Shown here: positions 17,058 to 25,764 of the stretch, in pieces | How positions within the stretch are numbered: position 1 is the first letter of the stretch | Layout: each line of letters opens with the position of its first letter | IMG/VR virus record: IMGVR_UViG_3300046789_000005 | Span: 1 to 49,318 of that record | DNA length: 49,318 bases | DNA from: a virus | Lineage: Duplodnaviria; Caudoviricetes | Reading direction: 5' to 3' (one strand) | Position numbers and translations under genes: made by a program | The notes under the pieces: model-generated | What the model was told of the DNA's origin: nothing | Databases searched by the model: none | What the model saw: the letters and a program-made list of their open reading frames with translations, nothing else

Positions 17058-18590
17058 ATGCCCCAGAGCAGCAAGACCTTCGGGCGGTACAGCCTCACTC
17101 GTCCCCCTCGGGATAACGATGAGCTGTACGAACTCGTGTCTTCGCTCTGGGGCATCGTCATCCCAAGACACAAGGTGTGCATCGAGCACAACGCACCCTT
17201 CGAGTGGTTCGCAGACAGCTTCTTCGGTCGGGCCCCCCAGACACTCGTGCACGGCTCTCGTGGTCTATCTGGCAAGAGTGTCGCGATGGCCGCCCTGGGC
17301 CTGACCGAAGCAGTGGTGTGGGGTGCTGACGTCAACCTGCTGGGTGGCTCACTGGCACAGTCCATGAACCTGCACGAGCACATGCGTAGGTACTGGGACT
17401 GGGAAGGCGCCCCCACCTACATGAAGCTCGATGAGTCCAACCTGCAGATCCTGCTCTCCAACAAGGCACGCATCAGACCTCTCACGGCATCACAGAAGAC
17501 AGTGCGTGGTCCCCACCCCGCACGCCTGCTGCTCGATGAGATCGACGAGATGGACTACCTCATCCTGCAAGGTGCGCTAGGCCAGCCCCTGCCCCAGAAG
17601 AACTGGCTGGGCATCAAGATCCCTGCGCAGACCGCGATGGCCAGTACGTGGCAGAACGCTGATGGCACGTTCGCCCAGGAGTACCGGCGCTTCAAGGAGA
17701 ACGAGCTGCCCATCTACACCTGGTGCTATCGAGACAGTGCCAACCCCATCGATGGCTGGCTCGATGAGGAGACCATCGAGCAGAAGAAGCGTGAGATCCC
17801 CACCGAGATGTGGCGGGTCGAATATGACCTCGGTGAGCCCTCTATCGGTAACCGTGCGTTCGACACAGAGGCAGTGGAGTGGATGTTCAACCTGCCCACC
17901 CCCACCGAGGACCAGACGATCAAGAAGGTCAAGGGGCACGAGGAGTACAAGTTCAAGGACTACCAGCGTGACCAGGACTACGTGGTCGCAGCGGACTGGG
18001 CCAAGGCACAGGACATGACCGTGATCGGGGTGTGGAACGTGACCACCACACCCATCGAGCTGGTCTACTACGTGCGCATCAACCGGCGTCCCTACCCACA
18101 GATGGTGGGCATCTTCAACCGCCTGCAGCAGGAGTACGGCGACTGCCAGTCCATCCACGACGCCACTGGCCTGGGTGGGGTGATCGATGACTACATCGAT
18201 GGGCGTGCCTGGGGCTTCCTGATGACCGGGCGAGACCGTGACGACATGCTCAGCGAGTACGTGAGCGCGGTCGAGAACCACATGATCAAGAGCCCTCGCA
18301 TCGAGACGCACTACACGGCTACCAAGTACTGCCGCGTGGAGGACCTGTACTCACGGGCCCAAGAGTTCCACCTCCCCGACGAGGTGTGTTCAGCAGCACT
18401 GGCCTGGAAGGCAGTGTCCAACAACTACCCCAACGTCACGCCCCTGGGCTTCCCCAAGAGCGACACCACGTGGGTAGACAAGCAGTTCCGCTTCAACACC
18501 CAGCACCTGGCAGCGAGCTCCAGTGTGCGCATCGAGGGCGCTGTGACGTCCAAGGATGAGCTGATCGCTACCGATTGGAGCTTCACGTGA
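17058..18590 (+). CDS. terL: terminase large subunit
   Basis: GSRGLSGKS Walker A, LLLDEID Walker B, AADWAKAQD and HDATGLG nuclease motifs, C-terminal PD. Confidence 0.9.
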   Translation: MPQSSKTFGRYSLTRPPRDNDELYELVSSLWGIVIPRHKVCIEHNAPFEWFADSFFGRAPQTLVHGSRGLSGKSVAMAALGLTEAVVWGADVNLLGGSLAQSMNLHEHMRRYWDWEGAPTYMKLDESNLQILLSNKARIRPLTASQKTVRGPHPARLLLDEIDEMDYLILQGALGQPLPQKNWLGIKIPAQTAMASTWQNADGTFAQEYRRFKENELPIYTWCYRDSANPIDGWLDEETIEQKKREIPTEMWRVEYDLGEPSIGNRAFDTEAVEWMFNLPTPTEDQTIKKVKGHEEYKFKDYQRDQDYVVAADWAKAQDMTVIGVWNVTTTPIELVYYVRINRRPYPQMVGIFNRLQQEYGDCQSIHDATGLGGVIDDYIDGRAWGFLMTGRDRDDMLSEYVSAVENHMIKSPRIETHYTATKYCRVEDLYSRAQEFHLPDEVCSAALAWKAVSNNYPNVTPLGFPKSDTTWVDKQFRFNTQHLAASSSVRIEGAVTSKDELIATDWSFT

Positions 18591-18814
18591 GCCAGGAGCA
18601 GGGAGACCTGTGGAAGCAGGATCTGATCAACCGCAAGAAGCGGTACGACGATGCAAGGAAGGATCTCAATGACGCGCTTCGAAGGGCCGTGGAACTCGGA
18701 GAGTCCTACACCCTACTGGGATCACTTCTCGGCCAGAGCAATGCAGCGGTACGGCTCAAGGCCCGACGCAACGGCTGGGACGCAGACCGGAGAAAGCCCC
18801 GTGTCCGAGCCTGA
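18587..18814 (+). CDS. small HTH protein
   Basis: GESYTLLGSLLGQSNAAVR; GTGA coupling. Confidence 0.6.
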   Translation: MSQEQGDLWKQDLINRKKRYDDARKDLNDALRRAVELGESYTLLGSLLGQSNAAVRLKARRNGWDADRRKPRVRA

Positions 18815-19022
18815 TGACAAGGTCCACATCATCGGGGACCCATCCAAGATGCGGGTGCAGATCACCTACGACACCGAGTCGTTCATGCTCGGCATCAGGC
18901 TCACAGACCAACTCACAGGGGACGCCATGATGGCTGAGATCGACCCTGGTCTGGCCATGTCGGTAGGCGAAAAGATGTTCAAGCTCGGCTCAGACATGAA
19001 AGCCAAGCGTCAGGCTAGTTGA
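18801..19022 (+). CDS. hypothetical protein
   Basis: GTG after GGAG. Confidence 0.6.
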   Translation: MSEPDDKVHIIGDPSKMRVQITYDTESFMLGIRLTDQLTGDAMMAEIDPGLAMSVGEKMFKLGSDMKAKRQAS

Positions 19023-19053
19023 CTCTCTCTACCCTCTCTAACAAGGAGTGATT

Positions 19054-19548
19054 GTGGCTGGTGTACACGGATGGTTCGACGAGGACACACAGGGTGTGGA
19101 TGAGCCTGTGGAGACCAAGGGGGACAAGAACCCCTTCGCAGAAGATGAGAGCGCTGTGAGTGCTGTGCGCGAGGCCCAGCAGGCTGTGCACGCGGTGATC
19201 ACCAAGAAGGTGCAGGAGGCCATGCTGGATGCCCCTGTACCGGCATCCATGGTGGTGACCAAGGAGAAGGTGCTCAGTGCTGCCAACACGATCAGCACCG
19301 CCAGCACCTACACGGGCACGTACACACTGATCCCACAGCTGTACAACGCCGCCAAGGTGAATCTCACGGGGGAGCAGTACCACAAGCTGCAGGCCACTGA
19401 GCAGGCGTTCAAGAAGCTCGCTGCTGCAGTAGACCTACTGATCCCAGCGCTGATGGGGCTACCCACCAAGGAGTACAAGACCGTGAAGTCGCAGCTCCTG
19501 CTGGTGACTGAGGTCATGCAAGAGGCCAACAAGAAGGGCCTCATCTGA
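19054..19548 (+). CDS. hypothetical protein
   Basis: GTG after AAGGAG. Confidence 0.7.
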   Translation: MAGVHGWFDEDTQGVDEPVETKGDKNPFAEDESAVSAVREAQQAVHAVITKKVQEAMLDAPVPASMVVTKEKVLSAANTISTASTYTGTYTLIPQLYNAAKVNLTGEQYHKLQATEQAFKKLAAAVDLLIPALMGLPTKEYKTVKSQLLLVTEVMQEANKKGLI

Positions 19549-19868
19549 TGCAGGGCTACACCTACAAGTACGTCGGCAACGCGTGGGTCTGTCAGAAGTG
19601 CTCAGCCCTAGTGGAAGACCCCAACGTCCATGAGGACAGCCATCTGGAACTGGTTCGCGTCCTGTCTGCATGGAGCCAGCTCCTGGATCGAGCAGCAGAA
19701 GGGGATGTACCTGACGTACCTGATCATCACGGGGACGAGCCTGCTGATGTTCCTGACGGTGCTGCTGGTGGACCAGGTGATCGAGCAGGCCAGGAGATGG
19801 CGGGAGCCTCCACAGGAGCACCTGCTTGGGCTCCTGAGGTGGGTGAACGAAGCGGGGGAAGTCACTGA
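19548..19868 (+). CDS. hypothetical protein, N-terminal C2H2-like
   Basis: CQKC...HEDSH; TGATG coupling. Confidence 0.55.
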   Translation: MQGYTYKYVGNAWVCQKCSALVEDPNVHEDSHLELVRVLSAWSQLLDRAAEGDVPDVPDHHGDEPADVPDGAAGGPGDRAGQEMAGASTGAPAWAPEVGERSGGSH

Positions 19869-20058
19869 TGATCTGGAGCATCTGGGCCAACGAGTTCCAG
19901 GACCTGCCGGAGATCATCAAGGCCAAGATGTGGGCGTACCTGAGCAACCACGGGTGCAACCCCGAGCGCATGCGTGGGTTCACATTCGATGGCAACGCAG
20001 GCGCCATCTGGGTCGAGTACGTCGAGGTCAACGCAGTGAACCTCGCGTACGCCGATGA
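19705..20058 (+). CDS. possible small membrane protein in overlapping frame
   Basis: ATG after GAAGGGG; hydrophobic N-terminus MYLTYLIITGTSLLMFLTVLLV. Confidence 0.4.
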   Translation: MYLTYLIITGTSLLMFLTVLLVDQVIEQARRWREPPQEHLLGLLRWVNEAGEVTDDLEHLGQRVPGPAGDHQGQDVGVPEQPRVQPRAHAWVHIRWQRRRHLGRVRRGQRSEPRVRR

Positions 20059-20272
20059 CTACCGCAACACAGGCGGGGTGATGGAGCCGTACACCACCAG
20101 TGAGTGGATCAGGCTCGAAGACCCCAACGGGAAAGACAGGCCCAACTTCCTGGAGTGGATGACACCGGGGGAAGAACCACCAGCGGCGCTAGGTGAAGCG
20201 GGCAAGAACAGAGACAGGCCCTTCGTCGTACTCAAGGACAGTGAGTGGGGTACAGGTAGGGACGGGTACTGA
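19868..20272 (+). CDS. hypothetical protein
   Basis: 134-aa ORF. Confidence 0.65.
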   Translation: MIWSIWANEFQDLPEIIKAKMWAYLSNHGCNPERMRGFTFDGNAGAIWVEYVEVNAVNLAYADDYRNTGGVMEPYTTSEWIRLEDPNGKDRPNFLEWMTPGEEPPAALGEAGKNRDRPFVVLKDSEWGTGRDGY

Positions 20273-20325
20273 GCAGCCTAGAACGAACACTCTCTCACAA
20301 GAGGTTCCAATGCTAGGTTAATGGG

Positions 20326-20598
20326 ATGCCAACAAACCTCATTGGAGCAGAAATGGACGTCGAGGTCATGCCCGAGGGCTTCATCCCCCGTAGGCGGGGA
20401 CGTAAGCCCAACTACGACATCTCTGACGTCCTAGCGGGACTGACTCAACACCCTGGACACTGGGTCAAGTTCAAGCTCTCCCTAGCTGATGGGAAGAGTG
20501 CCCAGAGGCAGCTAGCACGCATGGGATTCGACGTAGCAACGGAGCAAGTAGAGGTCGCTGGGGCTGACATGAGCGTGCTGTACGTGAGGAGCAAATGA
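20326..20598 (+). CDS. hypothetical protein, possibly DNA-binding
   Basis: PRRRGRKP then PGHWVK...LYVR. Confidence 0.6.
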   Translation: MPTNLIGAEMDVEVMPEGFIPRRRGRKPNYDISDVLAGLTQHPGHWVKFKLSLADGKSAQRQLARMGFDVATEQVEVAGADMSVLYVRSK

Positions 20599-20861
20599 GA
20601 ATGATTGTCAGCAGGTACATCGATCTCGTGCTCGATCCTGCCCCTGACCAGGGCGGATGGTCATATGACGGGTGGGCCAATGCACTGCACATCCTGATGC
20701 ACAGGCTGCATGTGGAGATCAACGACCAGTTCCCCAGGGCGGACTACGAGAGCGTGCTGTGGCCGGGGCTGACTATCAGTTCGTTCGAGACAGCGGACGC
20801 ACAGGACACTCCTGTGCTGAGAGTCAACGCCGTGGTGGAGGTCAGGGAGAAGGATGCATGA
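20595..20861 (+). CDS. hypothetical protein
   Basis: ATGA-coupled ORF. Confidence 0.6.
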   Translation: MRMIVSRYIDLVLDPAPDQGGWSYDGWANALHILMHRLHVEINDQFPRADYESVLWPGLTISSFETADAQDTPVLRVNAVVEVREKDA

Positions 20862-21108
20862 CTACCTGGTCAGGTACAGCGACAACCTGGGCAACCTGCG
20901 CTGGTGGATCGAGATAGTGCGGGGAACAGAAAGCGCAGAGGCCAGATGCTCACGCTGCCCCTGGTCACAACAGGTGCCCTATGGCCAGGTCACCAGGGTG
21001 AGGCATGGACATGGACTGGATCGCGATGCCCTGGATGTCAGGGTCTACGAGCAAGGAGCAGGTGATGAGCGCGTTAGCGCGGCTACGCAAGTCCACCAAG
21101 CGTCGTGA
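20854..21108 (+). CDS. hypothetical protein
   Basis: GGAG RBS; CSRC. Confidence 0.5.
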   Translation: MHDYLVRYSDNLGNLRWWIEIVRGTESAEARCSRCPWSQQVPYGQVTRVRHGHGLDRDALDVRVYEQGAGDERVSAATQVHQAS

Positions 21109-21385
21109 ACTCTACGAGCTAGCAGGGTGGCGATGTCAGAAGTGCGGCGAGAAGTGCCCTGAGCGTATAGATGCAGGTCAGGGGGAGAACTTCCTCACGT
21201 TGGACCACGTGATCCCCCGCTGCAAGGGCGGTCCTAGTGACAGCTGGAACCTGGCGGTGCTGTGTGATCGGTGCAACTTCGCCAAGGGCAGCAGTGATGA
21301 TCTGAGTGTGTGGGGTGGACACCCACCCTGGCAGTACTACGAGCACATGGCCTGGATGGCACGTCAGCAACAGGTAGCGTGCTAA
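21065..21385 (+). CDS. HNH endonuclease
   Basis: CQKCG, LTLDHVIPRCKGG, NLAVLCDRCNFAKG. Confidence 0.88.
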   Translation: MSALARLRKSTKRRELYELAGWRCQKCGEKCPERIDAGQGENFLTLDHVIPRCKGGPSDSWNLAVLCDRCNFAKGSSDDLSVWGGHPPWQYYEHMAWMARQQQVAC

Positions 21386-21386
21386 C

Positions 21387-21445
21387 CTGCGCATAGCGCA
21401 GAGGTCAGGCAGCCAGACAGAGTGTGTAGGCTGCGCATAGCGCAG
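21387..21445. repeat. direct repeat of 15-bp palindrome CTGCGCATAGCGCAG
   Basis: Exact copies at 21387-21401 and 21431-21445. Confidence 0.85.
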
Positions 21446-21462
21446 ACATCCCAAGGCACAAC

Positions 21463-21536
21463 GGCTTCTAGGCGTAACGGCAGCGCAGCGGCCCTAAAAC
21501 CCGTGTGAGTGGGTTCGAGTCCCACAGAAGCCTCCA
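21463..21536 (+). tRNA. atypical tRNA (Cys-like body, TAA at canonical anticodon position)
   Basis: Acceptor GGCTTCT/AGAAGCC + T-CCA; D stem GCGT/GCGC; T arm GTGGG-TTCGAGT-CCCAC; anticodon stem GCGG/CCGT with C-C mismatch. Confidence 0.8.
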
Positions 21537-21626
21537 GGAGTACGCTCAGATCACTTCATCCCCCCGATGGAGAGCACGGCCCCCGATACCTGCTCCGGTC
21601 GCGGGGGCCTTGCCATGTAGAGGACC

Positions 21627-22106
21627 ATGAACATGGCCCACACATCGGAGGGCGTGATGATCTACCGAGCACCTCAAGTACGTGATCCCAGTGATCCTCT
21701 GCTGATCGACCCCAAGGACGCATCGGCCAAGCAGCTGATGCTCGCGGTCTACGAGTCCCAACTACGCATGGAGCTGATGATGTCCGAGCTGTCCACCGCA
21801 GTGACCGATCTGCAGAACGCTGTCGATGGAGTGGCCCAGCGGCTGCTCCCGAAGATCGAGGAGCTGGAGGCTGCCAACGGCACCCTCGAAGAGGCCCTCT
21901 CCGCAGCCCTGGCTGATGACGCAGAGGCTGCTGCTGCCCTGGAGGACGCCAAGGCTGCTACCGCTGCCATTCGTGCACAGGTGGACGAGCTCAACGGCCT
22001 GGGCGCAGACCCGAGCACTCCTGTGGACTCTGGTGCTCACCCGGACAACACCCTGCCCAACGAGATCCCTGTCGAGGGCGAGCCCCCTGTGGTGAACCCC
22101 CTGTAG
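21627..22106 (+). CDS. coiled-coil hypothetical protein
   Basis: Ala/Glu/Leu heptads; start uncertain. Confidence 0.7.
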   Translation: MNMAHTSEGVMIYRAPQVRDPSDPLLIDPKDASAKQLMLAVYESQLRMELMMSELSTAVTDLQNAVDGVAQRLLPKIEELEAANGTLEEALSAALADDAEAAAALEDAKAATAAIRAQVDELNGLGADPSTPVDSGAHPDNTLPNEIPVEGEPPVVNPL

Positions 22107-22162
22107 CCTGAACAGGCTTCATGGCTGGAGCTAGGCTCGTTCTGCTAGAGGTCTTGCTCGTC

Positions 22163-22202
22163 GCAACGCCCCTCCCGGTGAGATGCAGGGTAGGGGCGTT
22201 GT
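22163..22202 (+). terminator. hairpin upstream of portal
   Basis: GCAACGCCCCT...AGGGGCGTTGT. Confidence 0.45.
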
Positions 22203-22253
22203 GCTGTCCGGGATGCATGGACGAGGACGTCATGATGGGCATTGGAAGGGAGC

Positions 22254-24128
22254 ATGATGCCCACGATCCCCAACGATCTGAGCCTGTACGACGAGGTCGT
22301 CGTTCCTGACCTGACTACGGCGAAGAAGGCCTCTCCCCTGAGCGAGATGGGTGCCTCTGGGCTCAAGCACGCCGCAGGTGTGGTGGACGAAGAGTTCCTG
22401 CCTGCACTGCGTGGTCGCAAGGCCATCCAGGTGTACCGCGAGATGTCCATGAACGACCCCACCGTGGGCTCGCTGCTGTTCACCATCAACCAGCTCCTGA
22501 GGGCCGTCACGTGGCGGGTAGAGGCGCCTGACAACACCCCGGACAGTACGAAGGCCTCAGACTTCATCGAGTCCTGCATGGACGACATGTCGCACACCTG
22601 GGACGACATGATCAGCGACATCCTCACTGATCTGGTCTATGGGTGGAGCTGGCACGAGGTCGTCTACAAGAAGCGCATCGGGCCCTGGGAGAAGGACCCT
22701 AAGAAGAAGTCCAAGTACGACGATGGCCTGATCGGCTGGCGCAAGATCCCCATCAGAGCCCAAGAGACCTGGCAGCGCTGGATGTTCGATGCCGATGGAG
22801 GCATCAAGGGCATGGTGCAGCTCGCACCTCCCATGTACCAGAGCGTGCTGATCCCCATCGAGAAGTCGCTGCTGTTCCGGTTCTCCACGGTGAAGAACAA
22901 CCCTGAGGGCCAGTCCATGCTGCGCAACAGCTACCGGCCCTGGTTCTTCAAGAAGCGCCTGGAGGAGTTCGAGGCCATCGGCGTGGAGCGTGACCTGGCA
23001 GGCATGCCTGTGGCCAAGGTGCCCGTGGAGTACATGGAGGCCGCACAGAAGAGCCCGAACAGCGACAAGGCCAAGGTCTACGCGTCCTTCAAGAAGCTCG
23101 TGAGCAACGTTCGTCGGGATGAGCACGAGGGCATCGTGCTGCCTGCCATGTACGACAAGGACACCAAGCAGCCCCTGTTCGAGTTCGAGCTGATGTCTGC
23201 AGGGGGCTCTAGGCAGTTCGACACCTCAGGGATCATCCAGCGCTACGAGCAGCGCATCCTGATGACCGTGCTGGCCGACTTCATCATGGTGGGCCACGAG
23301 GGCACAGGCTCCTATGCCCTGCACGTGGACAAGACCGGCATCTTCCGTGCAGCCCTGAACTCCATCGCTCAGTCCATCGCGGACGTGTTCAACCGTCATG
23401 CCATCCCTCGGCTGTTCGAGCTGAACGCCTGGAAGATGGATGAGCTGCCCAAGATCGTGCCCAACAACGTCGATCCCCCTGACCTGACCCAGCTGGCGGG
23501 CTTCATGACGTCCATGGGTGGCCTGGGCATGGAGTGGTTCCCTGACCCCGAGCTGGAGAAGTTCCTGCGCGAGACAGCACACCTGCCTGAGCTGCCTGAC
23601 GAGGTGCTGGAGATGCGTCGCCAGATGGCCCTGCAGCACAACGTGATGACCGCTGCGGACCAGCAGATGCAGTTCATGGGCATGAAGCAGAAGGCCGAGC
23701 TGATCGGCCGTGGCTTCTCCCCCGAGCAGGCTCAGATGTCTGCAGCCCAGCCCAACGAGGAGATGTCCGCTCAGGAGCAGGTGGCTCAGTACAAGGGCCA
23801 GGCCATGGCAGACGAAGACCCTGCAGTGGCTGGGGCCAAGGAGAAGGAACTGACCACCATGCAGCAGCAGCAGATGGCTGCCAAGGGCGATCCCGTAGGA
23901 GAGCACGGGGCTACTGCAGCCATCGATGAGGATCGGGCCACCAAGGAGCACGCCCGCGCCAAGGAGATGGACAAGATCAAGTCCAAGGGCGCTACGCGTG
24001 ATGACGTGCTGGCCCAGCGTGCCCACCAGCGTCAGCTCGCCCTGGAGAAGCTCAAGCAGAAGGGTGCTGAGCAGAAGGCCAAGGCTGCTGCGAAGAAGCC
24101 CCCGCCCAAGTCGAAGGCCAAGAAGTGA
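22254..24128 (+). CDS. portal protein with long C-terminal extension
   Basis: YGWSWHEVVYK, NNPEGQSMLR, GVERDLAGMP, GSYAL motifs (DUF935/Mu gp29-like); after terL, before head genes. Confidence 0.88.
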   Translation: MMPTIPNDLSLYDEVVVPDLTTAKKASPLSEMGASGLKHAAGVVDEEFLPALRGRKAIQVYREMSMNDPTVGSLLFTINQLLRAVTWRVEAPDNTPDSTKASDFIESCMDDMSHTWDDMISDILTDLVYGWSWHEVVYKKRIGPWEKDPKKKSKYDDGLIGWRKIPIRAQETWQRWMFDADGGIKGMVQLAPPMYQSVLIPIEKSLLFRFSTVKNNPEGQSMLRNSYRPWFFKKRLEEFEAIGVERDLAGMPVAKVPVEYMEAAQKSPNSDKAKVYASFKKLVSNVRRDEHEGIVLPAMYDKDTKQPLFEFELMSAGGSRQFDTSGIIQRYEQRILMTVLADFIMVGHEGTGSYALHVDKTGIFRAALNSIAQSIADVFNRHAIPRLFELNAWKMDELPKIVPNNVDPPDLTQLAGFMTSMGGLGMEWFPDPELEKFLRETAHLPELPDEVLEMRRQMALQHNVMTAADQQMQFMGMKQKAELIGRGFSPEQAQMSAAQPNEEMSAQEQVAQYKGQAMADEDPAVAGAKEKELTTMQQQQMAAKGDPVGEHGATAAIDEDRATKEHARAKEMDKIKSKGATRDDVLAQRAHQRQLALEKLKQKGAEQKAKAAAKKPPPKSKAKK

Positions 24129-24676
24129 TGAGCGCCTGGGGTGTGGAGTCTGGGGTGAGCAAGTCCTACATCCCAGGCAAGGGGTTCGTCTCGGCATCCA
24201 CGGTGCCCAAGAAGGAGCTGTACGCCGTCGCGTACAAGCACCAGCACTGGCGCAAGGCTGGTGGCCGCTACATGAAGCGCGCACCTGTGAGCATCGACCG
24301 TGGACGCAACACCTCTGCGCTCACGTCAGGCGATCACGTCCTGGGCGCATCACGTGCACATGGGGGCAAGCGCACCCCGAACGAGTGGGCCGTCAACCCC
24401 TCGCTCAAGGGTCAGCTGAAGATCGAGACCATCGCTCACGAGCGTGCCCATGCCGATCCCAAGAGGTCAGCCTGGCGGCTCAAGCAGATTCACAGTGACC
24501 CTGCCAAGAGCGCCCGTGAGGAAGCACGTGCAGAGATGGCTGCAGGACATCACTACGCAGGCTCGCAGAAGGCACACAGCAGCTACGTGCACCAGGCACG
24601 TACGCAGCCGAACTCGCCCTTCAGCACAGAGTTCAGGGCCACTCAGGACAAGATCGCTGCGGGGAGGAAGAAGTGA
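24125..24676 (+). CDS. SAWG-leader basic protein with HExxH motif
   Basis: MSAWGVESGVSK; IAHERAH...AREEARA. Confidence 0.75.
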   Translation: MMSAWGVESGVSKSYIPGKGFVSASTVPKKELYAVAYKHQHWRKAGGRYMKRAPVSIDRGRNTSALTSGDHVLGASRAHGGKRTPNEWAVNPSLKGQLKIETIAHERAHADPKRSAWRLKQIHSDPAKSAREEARAEMAAGHHYAGSQKAHSSYVHQARTQPNSPFSTEFRATQDKIAAGRKK

Positions 24677-24912
24677 TTTCAGCCTGGGGTGTAGACGACG
24701 GTGATGTGTCCAAGGCTTCGTTCCCGCGCATCGGTGCCAAGAGTGTCCATGCAGAGGGGCTGAGCTCGCACTCACCCTTCTTCGTGGACGAGGCGATGAA
24801 TCAGTCCGCTCCCAAGGCCTACCGCACTGCCCAGCGCGCAGAGGGCATGCGTAGCGCCAAGGGCAAGCACGCACAGCGGGTCGGGTCGTTCTTCAAGCCG
24901 AAGGGGAAGTAG
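24673..24912 (+). CDS. SAWG-leader small basic protein
   Basis: MISAWGVDDGDVSKA. Confidence 0.75.
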   Translation: MISAWGVDDGDVSKASFPRIGAKSVHAEGLSSHSPFFVDEAMNQSAPKAYRTAQRAEGMRSAKGKHAQRVGSFFKPKGK

Positions 24913-25179
24913 ATGCCTATCGAGTCGCTCAACGAAGCCCACGGTGACTACCGGCTGAAGATCAAGATCAACGAGATCATCGATGTGCTCAACGCTGAGG
25001 ATGAGGGTGTTCCTGGTCCCGAAGGTCCTGCTGGTCCTGCAGGCGCTGATGGTGCAGATGGCTCGACCTTCACTCCTATGGAGCACCAGGACGACAGCAC
25101 AGCGCCCTCTGTGACGATCCTCAAGGCCGACTTCAACGCCCTGCTGGCCAAGCTGCAGGCCAGTGGTCTGATGCTCTGA
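24913..25179 (+). CDS. head-fibre-like small protein
   Basis: Short Gly-X-Y run plus C-terminal LKADFNALLAKLQASGLM. Confidence 0.65.
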   Translation: MPIESLNEAHGDYRLKIKINEIIDVLNAEDEGVPGPEGPAGPAGADGADGSTFTPMEHQDDSTAPSVTILKADFNALLAKLQASGLML

Positions 25180-25463
25180 TGGTCAACCGGATCATGCGGG
25201 CGAACAGGGATCTGCCCACCCCAGACAAGGTGCTGCTGTTCGTCACCGTGCTGGTGGGCTTCCTGGCCATCACCCTGGTGATCGGCATGTTCGTCGCTGC
25301 GATCTTCGGTCCACCGGGCATTGACATCACCCCCATCGTGGAACTGATCAGCAATGCGTTCCTGATGCTCACCGGGGCCATCGTGGGCTACATCGGAGGA
25401 CAGGGAGTGGCCAAGGCCTATCCCCCGCCACCTAAGGATCTGGAGGAGGGACCTGATGCCTAG
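25179..25463 (+). CDS. two-TM membrane protein (holin candidate)
   Basis: Two long hydrophobic segments in 94 aa. Confidence 0.55.
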   Translation: MVNRIMRANRDLPTPDKVLLFVTVLVGFLAITLVIGMFVAAIFGPPGIDITPIVELISNAFLMLTGAIVGYIGGQGVAKAYPPPPKDLEEGPDA

Positions 25464-25764
25464 TGCATGGGGAGTAGACCACGGCGACGAGGTCGAGAAG
25501 GGCTTCGGCTCGGTGGTCACCGGGCTGTCGCGCAAGCTGCCAGGAGGCGCGCTGAGGGCCGCCAAGAAGGAGGTGCGCATGCAGCCGAAGAAGCCGGTGG
25601 CATCGTCTCCGAACGCCAGCTTCCTGGCCCCTCACGTGCCCACCCCGAGGGGACCGCTGCCGAGCCTGGGCACCACGGGACGCACCAACTTCAACCACCC
25701 GATGCCCAGTGGCGCGGGTCGCAAGGAAGCGGGTTACCTCAACACGCGTAGGCACGTGACCTGA
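25456..25764 (+). CDS. SAWG-leader basic protein
   Basis: MPSAWGVDHGDEVEKG; GGAGG RBS. Confidence 0.75.
   Translation: MPSAWGVDHGDEVEKGFGSVVTGLSRKLPGGALRAAKKEVRMQPKKPVASSPNASFLAPHVPTPRGPLPSLGTTGRTNFNHPMPSGAGRKEAGYLNTRRHVT

Noticed and set aside
3071-18590. Inteins or introns in helicase, DnaE or TerL
   Set aside because: Lengths are normal or compact and motifs are contiguous; no intein termini or homing-endonuclease inserts seen
21463-21536. tRNA as attachment site, or as pyrrolysine tRNA
   Set aside because: No integrase or duplicated 3' end in the window; D and T loops are canonical and no pyl genes are present
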